Position numbers and translations under genes: made by a program. The notes under the pieces are model-generated. The model ran no database searches. It had not been told where the DNA came from and saw only the letters and a list, made by a program, of their open reading frames with translations. This document shows, one piece after another, positions 8,808 to 16,084 of a stretch of 32,000 nt of DNA (its first letter is position 1; each line of letters begins with the position of its first letter). Origin of the DNA: Halomicrobium mukohataei DSM 12286 (lineage in GTDB: Archaea > Halobacteriota > Halobacteria > Halobacteriales > Haloarculaceae); the NCBI RefSeq assembly GCF_000023965.1, contig NC_013201.1, positions 150,001-182,000 of the forward strand. Reading direction: 5' to 3'.

Positions 8808-9571
8808 TAAAGGCTGTCAGATAAAACTTCCCCAATAGGATTGATGTAGTACAATTAGACTTGATTAGTGGGCGCGGATGATTGGGACCATATGCATTGA
8901 GAACACCAGTCTCAACTACTGTCACCAGTTGGAAGTTGAGACTACACCGGCTTTATCGGGGCTGTGATGCGCTTTTTCGGACGAATTTGTGAGTGGAAGC
9001 TGCTTCGGATTCCTCTCGATAGCCTACTCATGTTGCACTACCAACTGAATCGGTGGACTTCCGAGATCTCGGACAGTGTTGCCACTCAGGAATCCACCCT
9101 GACCCCGTACAGAGTACCTCCTTATCTGATTCCGGTTTCCATCTTCAGCAGCGTGAGCGTATTGTCAGCTGCACAATCGGTGCGTATTCGTACTCGCCCG
9201 TCAACTCAACTTGGACGTGCAAATCGACCGCTCGCCAAATTGAGTACAAAGTTCTTTCAGCACGAACACGCGAAAGAGGGTTCCATCTCGTAGCGTGTCG
9301 ACCACCAAAAACATGGAAATCGGAATAGCGTTGGACGTGTCCTTCGAGAGGTAAAGCGACAAACCCCTTCGTTTTCAAACTGTTTCAGACACGTCGATAC
9401 AGACACAGCTGACGACTGGGTCAGATCCTTCAGCTTCGCATGAATCAGCTAATCTGAACACTACCCACTACACTAGCTTGTAGGTATGGGTAATTCCGAC
9501 GAAGGTACGCCAGTGATAGTATTACGCAGCTTATTCGGGAACGTCCCAGTGATCCGGCGTGGACTGCGATG

Positions 9572-9883
9572 CTACACTAGTGGTCGGAGCACCAGAACGG
9601 TGGCAATACCAGCGAGTAACGAAATGAGGACGTTCTCCGTCCGCCACATAATGAGTAAGACGACACCGCCCGCGATCCACTCGACTGGGCCACCGGTCGC
9701 GAGTTCAGGACCAACAATCGCGACGACGATAGCACCGGGAAGCACTTCTAAGACAGACTGGAGCCGGGGTGAGACGTCGACGTGGCCCAGCACCCAGAGC
9801 CCGCCCGCTTTGGTGGCGTAGGTCACGAGACTCATGGCGAGGACGACGGCGACGACGGCCGGATCCAAGGCGAGATCAACCAT
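9572..9883 (-). CDS. azlD: Branched-chain amino acid transport protein AzlD
   Basis: 103 aa and very hydrophobic (about 3-4 TM). The start overlaps the stop of the upstream AzlC-like frame, as is usual for azlCD pairs. Confidence 0.75.
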   Translation of the reverse strand: MVDLALDPAVVAVVLAMSLVTYATKAGGLWVLGHVDVSPRLQSVLEVLPGAIVVAIVGPELATGGPVEWIAGGVVLLIMWRTENVLISLLAGIATVLVLRPLV

Positions 9884-10037
9884 CGAAGCGGAACACCTCG
9901 GTTAGGCCGCCGCCGATGGCACCCAGCAGGACGTACCAGCGTCCCGGAAGAGCCGCTGCGGCCACCAGTGCGATCACGAGCGTGGTCGCCCACGGAGTGA
10001 GACTAGACCGGCCATACCAGTTGTGGTAATATGATTT
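9876..10037 (-). pseudogene. azlC: 3' remnant of azlC (only about 45 C-terminal codons, no start)
   Basis: My minus-strand translation gives WYGRSSLTPWATTLVIALVAAAALPGRWYVLLGAIGGGLTEVFRFDG, with a stop overlapping the azlD ATG. The frame is closed upstream by TAA at 10038-10040. Sequence beyond that is AT-rich and non-coding. Confidence 0.55.
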
Positions 10038-10287
10038 TTATTCAGTCTGTAGGGTGACTGTTTATCGGGCGATTCCGCCTCGTTCATGGGTTCACTCATT
10101 CGGACACTCGTGTGTGTCGCCGACGATCCCGACCGCGACGCGGTCGCCTACCTGGTCGTCCGGCGCGTCGGCGCACTCGCTGCGTCAGTCGCGGCACCGC
10201 TAGTGCCGATCTACCTTCTCGCGGCCGCGATCAACGGCCAACTGGGCGGGATTCCTCGCTGGGTCGACGACCGTCCAGGCCGCCACC

Positions 10288-11004
10288 GTGCTACTGGTGC
10301 TGGTCTCACTGGGCGTGACCGCGTGGGTCGCCCGCGATTCCGCGCCCGAGGTCCGCGGCGCGCTGGCGAACCTCCGGGCGGATACGGCGGTTCGGCTGGC
10401 ACTGTTCCGGTGGGGGGTCCCGATCGTCGTCATAGTGACGGTCTACCTGCTGGCGCTGGGCTTTGGCCTGCCGTGGGTCGCCGGCCTGGCGCTGTCGTTT
10501 GCCGCCGAGATCATTGCACGTGGCGTCTACATGCTGTTCCGCCGGCTGCGCTACCGCGTGAGTCAGTGGGAGAATCAGGAGACGACGCCGAGTCAGGTCC
10601 AGATCCGGGCCTATCAGCTCGACACGGCCGACGACGAGGTGCGGTACTACGCCGACGTGAACGCCGTCCAGCTCGCTCACGAGGATCCCGACGCCCTGAC
10701 CGATACCGTCTGTCGCGTCGCCGGCGACCTCTTCGAACGGGGTGAGACCGACCCCAGTGTCGCGCGGTCGTTCGCGACGGATCTGCTCCGGTATGGGATC
10801 GTCGACGTCGACGAAACGCGGTCGAGACTCGCCAAGACGGCCCAAGAGGAGGCCGAGGGTCGAATGCCCGCCGACGCCGAAACGATCGAGCGGCGGGTAC
10901 TCGAACGAGTGCCCGAACCGATCTGGGAAGAGACCAAGGCCGAGAAGCTGATCCGGCGGGGCAAGTGGTCGAAACGCGACGGACGACCCGTGTCTCGCGG
11001 ATGA
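10288..11004 (+). CDS. Membrane protein with an acidic cytoplasmic C-terminal domain; probably the 3' part of a frameshifted gene starting at 10086
   Basis: There are two TM segments, then an acidic domain. ORF 10086-10745 has GC3-rich, protein-like codons only up to about 10255. After that the coding signal moves into the 10288 frame, which is open from 10204. Confidence 0.5.
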   Translation: MLLVLVSLGVTAWVARDSAPEVRGALANLRADTAVRLALFRWGVPIVVIVTVYLLALGFGLPWVAGLALSFAAEIIARGVYMLFRRLRYRVSQWENQETTPSQVQIRAYQLDTADDEVRYYADVNAVQLAHEDPDALTDTVCRVAGDLFERGETDPSVARSFATDLLRYGIVDVDETRSRLAKTAQEEAEGRMPADAETIERRVLERVPEPIWEETKAEKLIRRGKWSKRDGRPVSRG

Positions 11005-11283
11005 TCAAGATAGTCGTGATCACCCTCGCCGTCTCTGATCGGTACCACAAGTAGCTACGGTAAGCGAACGGCTGATACGTGTTTGCGCCGTATCGGATTC
11101 GTGGGCGCGTCGTCGAAGTACTGCAGTGGGAAATGTGTCACTCATCGCGATTGCCGAATTTGGAGTGGCATAGAGGTGGAGAGCATCGGAATGCTAAGCA
11201 GGCGAAGGTTGGTATCACCATTCTCAAGCAAAAGCAACAGTAGGACGGCTATGTGTCCGCATATCAGTTCGTTCGGGGGCTGG

Positions 11284-11433
11284 CTACGGCACGAATTCCT
11301 GGTCTTCTCCCCAGAACTGAATTCCGATGTGATCTGTGATTTCCTCAATGAGATCGTCGGAAAGCGGATGGTTCGAGACGATCAGAGAACACCCGTTGTC
11401 GAGCACGAGATCGATCAACCACGACATTGCCAT
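11284..11433 (-). pseudogene. 3' fragment of a fourth immunity-like paralog
   Basis: ..LDNGCSLIVSNHPLSDDLIEEITDHIGIQFWGEDQEFVP aligns with L.DGSILLISKNPVDN.PPE.VSEHVGIQTMTDYS of the full-length paralogs. The N-terminal three quarters are missing. Confidence 0.6.
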
Positions 11434-11452
11434 CAACCGCCGGTTTCGGCAC

Positions 11453-12103
11453 TTAGCGTTCGAAATTCGTCTCAGAGACGCGTTCTTCCGGGTAGTCTTG
11501 CCAGGAACGGATCCCGACGTGGTCTGCGATGTCGTCGAGTGGCTCTGGGTGGTCTGGCATGTGCTTCGAGACGAGGATAATACTCCCGTCTGGGAGTTGC
11601 TCACTGATGTCGGCCGGCGCGGTCAACAGACGCTGTTCACCGATGGTCTCGACCTCCGCTGGCGGGAAGATATCCAGCCACGTCAGGAACTGTCGATCCG
11701 ACGGCGGCAGGTCGTCCGCCGACACCGGGTGATGCATCGGCTGGTGTTCCTCGATACCGTACGACGCCTTTGCGGCGGTCTCGATTTCTGCGTACGTTTC
11801 CTTTGCCGTCTTGATGAGTGCATCGTAGGCCTTCGTTGCGTCTACTACAGTTTCAGGCTCAAAGGTATCGTACGGCGCAAATATCCGGACGATTGTTCCT
11901 TCCGGGTATTCATGCCCTGTCCCCTCTGAGATGACGATTTTAAACCTGAGAGCATCTTTCTTAACATTTATACGCTTTTCTCCGAACGCATTTTCGCCAT
12001 TATTTCGGAGCGTGTACTGATCGCTACTATCGGTGTCTGATAGCAGTCTCTGGTAGGTCTCCTCTACTGGTAGACTTTTGGCGACGTGAACTATTCTTGC
12101 CAT
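11453..12103 (-). CDS. Immunity-like acidic protein, paralog C (divergent)
   Basis: It shares the C-terminal block FLTWLDIFPPAEVETIGEQRLLTAPA...LPDGSIILVSKHMPD..DHVGI with paralogs A and B. ATG (MARIVHV..) at 12101-12103 is preferred over the track's TTG at 12118. Confidence 0.75.
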   Translation of the reverse strand: MARIVHVAKSLPVEETYQRLLSDTDSSDQYTLRNNGENAFGEKRINVKKDALRFKIVISEGTGHEYPEGTIVRIFAPYDTFEPETVVDATKAYDALIKTAKETYAEIETAAKASYGIEEHQPMHHPVSADDLPPSDRQFLTWLDIFPPAEVETIGEQRLLTAPADISEQLPDGSIILVSKHMPDHPEPLDDIADHVGIRSWQDYPEERVSETNFER

Positions 12104-12120
12104 CGTTCTGTTAAACAAAT

Positions 12121-12530
12121 ACTCCCCGATTAGGTCTATTGTCTAGTTTTCTCGTCTCTATGAAGCAGGAATCCGGCAGCTATCGGAATGTAGAGATAGC
12201 CAAGACGGAGCTATTCGTCGTAGAATTCGCTTCGGGAGACGTGATCGGAGTAGTCCGTCATCGTCTGGATCCCGACGTGTTCTGACACCGCTTCAGGCGG
12301 TGTATTGTCTACGGGATTCTTTGAGATAAGCAGAATGCTCCCGTCTGCGAGTGTCTCAGCGCGTGGCGCCGGCGCAGATAGGAGTGTTTCACGGCCGATT
12401 GCATCAACTTCTGCCGGCGAAAATATATCGCACCAGGTCAGGAACCGTCGCTCTTCCGGCGGGAACGACTCGCCACTGATAGGTGAGACCTCGCTTTGAT
12501 ACGTTTCTTCGCCGAATCCAACCTTTGGCG
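12121..12530. repeat. Duplicated cassette segment (3' half of the immunity-like gene plus about 90 nt of 3' flank), copy 2
   Basis: It aligns with 13136-13545 (offset 1015 nt) at high identity by eye. The match includes the non-coding flank ..tgaagcagga..agatagcca.gacgg.g.tattcgtcgtagaattc. Confidence 0.7.
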
Positions 12531-12885
12531 ACGTACTGAGCCCAGTGTATAAATCGACCGTCGTCTCAATCAACGCCTGAATTTCGTCTGTAGCAAGGAA
12601 GTCCGATTCCGAAGATTCGTCTATCTCTTGGCCAATGTTGAGATCCACTTCTATTAGCGTACAATCCGGATAATCCTGCAGTCGGAATCCATCAGTAATG
12701 TAGACACTCAAGATGAAGTCTCCACGAAAGAAGATTATTTCAGTCATATATTCGTATGCTTCTGGTAGTATATCCGCAACTTCATAGGCCTCATTCTGTT
12801 TCAGGTGTTCAGTAACCTGCTCGGACATATGGTCTCTCTCTTTTTTTGGAACCGCGACAATCACTCTGATCGCGTCTTCTAGCAT
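12211..12885 (-). CDS. Immunity-like acidic protein, paralog B
   Basis: 224 aa, starting MLED.. like paralog A. By hand alignment, 86 of the last 98 residues are identical to paralog A. Confidence 0.8.
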   Translation of the reverse strand: MLEDAIRVIVAVPKKERDHMSEQVTEHLKQNEAYEVADILPEAYEYMTEIIFFRGDFILSVYITDGFRLQDYPDCTLIEVDLNIGQEIDESSESDFLATDEIQALIETTVDLYTGLSTSPKVGFGEETYQSEVSPISGESFPPEERRFLTWCDIFSPAEVDAIGRETLLSAPAPRAETLADGSILLISKNPVDNTPPEAVSEHVGIQTMTDYSDHVSRSEFYDE

Positions 12886-12886
12886 G

Positions 12887-13072
12887 TTATCCTTGAGCAG
12901 CGGCTCGTACTGATGGTCGAGTGCCTACTGCAAAGCCTCTTTGATTGGGAGGATGTAGATCTGGTTGAGCGATATTTCTATCAGCTTCGACCTGTAGCCT
13001 TTCTTCATCAGTGACTGGTCCGATACGGATGTTAGATGACGAATCTTCTTTGCATACCAGTTTGTCATCCAC
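12887..13072 (-). pseudogene. Orphan toxin C-terminal tail fragment preceding paralog B
   Basis: This short ORF ends ..PPNQRGFAVGTRPSVRAAAQG. The toxin-tip ORF ends ..VPNSRGKLQSARRSSVEPATGD. Both are joined to the next gene by the identical 16-mer TAACATGCTAGAAGAC (stop, 1 nt, ATG). Confidence 0.4.
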
Positions 13073-13135
13073 TCTATCTCTGACGTAAAACTAATTTATA
13101 GCCCTGTTAGGCCGATTTTATATCATCCAAACCAC

Positions 13136-13545
13136 CTACGTTCTGTCAGGTCTAATATATTTCTTTCGCATCTGTGAAGCAGGAGAACGGCTGACTACCG
13201 GAATTCCAAGATAGCCAGGACGGCGTTATTCGTCGTAGAATTCACTTCGAGAGACGTGATCGGAGTAGTCCGTCATCGTCTGGATACCGACATGTTCGGA
13301 GACCTCTTCAGGCGGTGCATTGTCTACGGGATTCTTTGAGATAAGCAAAATGCTCCCATCTTCAAGCGCTTCGACGCGTGGTGCCGGCGCAGACAGGAGC
13401 GTTTCACGGCCGATTGCCTCGACTTCCGCCGGCGAAAAGATGTCGAACCACGTCAAGAAATCTCGATCCGCTGGTGGGAACGACTCGCCACTGATTGGGA
13501 TTCCCTCGCTCTGGTACGTCTCAATCCCAAATCCTACCTTCGGGA
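13136..13545. repeat. Duplicated cassette segment, copy 1
   Basis: Partner of 12121-12530; see that entry. Confidence 0.7.
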
Positions 13546-13894
13546 GTTCAGTTAGACGGTCGTACAGATCGGTCGCAGTCGCTACCATTATGTCCATGTG
13601 ATCTGTATTAAGGAAATCGCTCGTATTTTCAAGATCCCGGACGTTATTGTTTGTGAACTCTATAAGACAGTACCCTGGATAATGCTCGATCTTGTGGCCA
13701 TCGATGACTAAGATGCTCATTATTACGTCGCCAACGGAGAAAAAAACCTCGTGCTTGCCGTGAAAAGCGTCTCTCTGGACCTCTATAACCTTATTTTCAG
13801 TACTCTCTTTTAGTAGCTCAGTCACCTGACTGAGACCATACTCTGTCTGTTCTTGCGGTATCGCGATAACTGACCGAGCTTCGTCTTCTAGCAT
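13226..13894 (-). CDS. Immunity-like acidic protein, paralog A (immediately downstream of the toxin tip)
   Basis: ATG at 13892-13894 (MLEDEARSV..) lies 1 nt after the TAA of ORF 13896-14558. The protein is acidic, about 222 aa, with the conserved block FLTWFDIFSPAEVEAIGRETLLSAPAPRVEALEDGSILLISKNPVD. Confidence 0.8.
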   Translation of the reverse strand: MLEDEARSVIAIPQEQTEYGLSQVTELLKESTENKVIEVQRDAFHGKHEVFFSVGDVIMSILVIDGHKIEHYPGYCLIEFTNNNVRDLENTSDFLNTDHMDIMVATATDLYDRLTELPKVGFGIETYQSEGIPISGESFPPADRDFLTWFDIFSPAEVEAIGRETLLSAPAPRVEALEDGSILLISKNPVDNAPPEEVSEHVGIQTMTDYSDHVSRSEFYDE

Positions 13895-13895
13895 G

Positions 13896-14558
13896 TTAGT
13901 CACCAGTGGCGGGTTCTACCGAAGATCGACGTGCCGATTGAAGCTTCCCTCTACTGTTAGGTACTTCGTCGGTGTGGGTCACAGAGTTATCATTCTCAAT
14001 GTTGTCTAAACCCGCATTATTAATTTGTTTACTAGAGGGTGAGTCAAGGTATTTAGCGTCTGATTTTTGGCTTGTCAGACTATTTTTTACGTCGTCATTG
14101 AGATAGAACTCGTTAGCTTTTTCACCACTTTTTATTTTTATATCATTTATTCCATTAATTTTCTTGCTGTTTCGAACTTCTGAGAGAGCGTTATTCTTAT
14201 CGGCGATATTACTTGGGCGTATAATCATCTGACCATCTGGGGCTTTTCCGAGTGCTTGAAGAGCCTTGAATCTGATATATTTGTCGAGTATTTTCTCTGG
14301 TTTCACTCTACTATTAGTTGAGGGTGTATTTTTCGCCTCAACGTAATTCCCATTTGCTATCACGTCGAGGTCCATACTTTTTCCATTTAATGCCTGCGCA
14401 ACTCGACCTTTGGAAACCTCATCCGGCATATTATTTAGTATCTTCTGCTTTTCGCTATCCGTTAATTTAGTCCATGATGGATACTCGACATTTTTTCCTA
14501 TCGCTGTCACGTCTTCTCCCCGTTTCGATAGCGCTACACCCAGACGGGTCTCAAACAT
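13896..14558 (-). CDS. AT-rich Lys/Asn-rich module with a PD-(D/E)xK (restriction-endonuclease-fold)-like motif; putative toxin tip
   Basis: MFETRLGVALSKRGEDV...SMDLDVIANGNYVEAKN has the pattern E..., D-x12-E-A-K. One 60-nt line (14101-14160) has only 14 G+C by my count. A -1 shift in the A6 run at 14585-14590 would fuse this frame to the upstream ORF. Confidence 0.55.
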   Translation of the reverse strand: MFETRLGVALSKRGEDVTAIGKNVEYPSWTKLTDSEKQKILNNMPDEVSKGRVAQALNGKSMDLDVIANGNYVEAKNTPSTNSRVKPEKILDKYIRFKALQALGKAPDGQMIIRPSNIADKNNALSEVRNSKKINGINDIKIKSGEKANEFYLNDDVKNSLTSQKSDAKYLDSPSSKQINNAGLDNIENDNSVTHTDEVPNSRGKLQSARRSSVEPATGD

Positions 14559-14566
14559 ATATCCTT

Positions 14567-16084
14567 TTATAGGATCCCAATTCCTTTTTTAAATCCGTCT
14601 TGTGACGCAATATCTGCTATACTTTCTCTATATTCGATATCACTGCGTTGGAGATATCGCAGTTCGTCAGCAAAGCGGTCAATCTGGCCTCGATTCATAT
14701 ATGGTATGAATTTGCCGTTGATTGTCCGCCCTTCTCCATAGAATCCCACGACTGACCGTTTGATACTTAGGGCATACGGACCGTCGTAGGTGACCAAATA
14801 CTTTGCATTCTTTTTTCCAAGATTACTTGCCAGTGCTTTTGCTGTATTTAATGATACTTTGTCCGATTCTTCACCAATGCGGATGATCGCTGCGTCATAT
14901 TGCTTGAAGGCCGATGCGATTTTGACCCGATCATCCAATTTGAGATTCTTGGTCAGTCCCGACTTCCGGAGTGCTGCATAGGCCTCGTCGGACTTCCCTG
15001 GGTTGACTTTGGCCCACTTGCTACTGATTTTGATAGCCTTCGGTGCGTCAGATGCCAAGAAGGGAGCGAGACTGACAGCGTCGAGAGCTGCGTCCCCGTA
15101 ATCACCTTGTCCGGTATTCTGTGCGGCGTCACGGAGGTCCGCCGGAATGTCGATCACGGGGACTACTGATAGGCCAATCCAGCCGATCAGGTAGCCAGGG
15201 TTGTCGTTGTAACCGCTGGTGACCACACCGTCAGGCATTCCAGTTTCACCCAGCGCGGCCCCTTCGATCATCGCGCGGCCGTTCTCGTTCAGTGCTGCGC
15301 CGATATTCTCGGAGTCACAAGGATTCGGATCACGTTTGTCGGTGAGCCCGTCGGAGTCACTGTCGACGACCACCGCGCTCGGACAGAGAGGTCCGACTTC
15401 TTCAGCATCTCCGAGCCCATCTTTGTCAGAGTCGGTCAGGCTCGGGTTCGAAAACGACTGGGGGCCGTAGACCGCCCACTGTCCGTCAACACGGTAGAAC
15501 GTCACCTCACGACCGTCAATCAGCCCGTCCCCGTCGGTATCCGCCCTCGAACTGTCGAGTTCGAACTCGCTCGTCAGTGACCCGTCTTCCTTGAGCGTGG
15601 GGAGGACCCACTGCCGGTCCTCGACGGCGTCGATGACTCCATCGCGGTCGGTGTCCGTTCCCACTTCGAAGTGCGTGAATTGTGCTCTCCCCGGTGGCTC
15701 AAGTTCGATCGTAACGCGCTCCCCAGCAAACTCTCCGAGGTCAGCGCGGTGAGTGATGACAGGGGCGGTCAGACCACTTCCGGGATCGTTGTTGGCTGGT
15801 GTTGAGGCCGCTACACGCTTGCTGGTTCCAGACGAGTCACTGACAGTGAAAATGTACTGGCCACCATGATTCGTTCGCTCTTCACGTGGCCGCGCTCTAA
15901 AGTGCAGGAGCGTGTCCTCGGCGTCTGTGGAGAGCGTCGTCGTCGTTTTGAAACCGGGTTTACAACCAGTCTGGCCCTGTACTGCCGCCTCTGTGGGACA
16001 TCTATCTTCACCATCGATCAGTCCATCACCGTCGGTATCTGGCGCAGTTGGATCCGTGTCAGGCCGCCAGCCTTGTCTGAGAAT
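14567..16084 (-). CDS. Polymorphic-toxin-like protein, central part (TSP3 repeats, PT-TG-like segment, AT-rich C-terminal domain)
   Basis: The track ORF starts at 15664 (GTG). I translated 16084-15665 codon by codon and the frame stays open and contiguous with the upstream ORF. Repeats present: DTDGDGLIDGED, DTDRDGVIDAVE, DTDGDGLIDGRE, DSDKDGLGDAEE, DSDSDGLTDKRD. The PT-TG-like stretch is VVPVIDIPADLRDAAQNTGQGDYGDAALDAVSLAPF. Confidence 0.65.
   Translation of the reverse strand: MLRQGWRPDTDPTAPDTDGDGLIDGEDRCPTEAAVQGQTGCKPGFKTTTTLSTDAEDTLLHFRARPREERTNHGGQYIFTVSDSSGTSKRVAASTPANNDPGSGLTAPVITHRADLGEFAGERVTIELEPPGRAQFTHFEVGTDTDRDGVIDAVEDRQWVLPTLKEDGSLTSEFELDSSRADTDGDGLIDGREVTFYRVDGQWAVYGPQSFSNPSLTDSDKDGLGDAEEVGPLCPSAVVVDSDSDGLTDKRDPNPCDSENIGAALNENGRAMIEGAALGETGMPDGVVTSGYNDNPGYLIGWIGLSVVPVIDIPADLRDAAQNTGQGDYGDAALDAVSLAPFLASDAPKAIKISSKWAKVNPGKSDEAYAALRKSGLTKNLKLDDRVKIASAFKQYDAAIIRIGEESDKVSLNTAKALASNLGKKNAKYLVTYDGPYALSIKRSVVGFYGEGRTINGKFIPYMNRGQIDRFADELRYLQRSDIEYRESIADIASQDGFKKGIGIL

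Noticed and set aside
8964-9378. Track ORFs 8964-9293 (+), 9053-9328 (+) and 9145-9378 (-) in the nrdR-azlD spacer
   Set aside because: They overlap one another. They lack the acidic composition and GC3 bias of real genes here, and they show no recognisable motif.
11240-11252. AGGACGGCTA downstream of fragment D as a third copy of the cassette 3' flank (compare CCAGGACGGCGTTA and CCAAGACGGAGCTA after paralogs A and B)
   Set aside because: The match is about 10 nt with no extended similarity on either side. This is not enough to claim a further deleted cassette.
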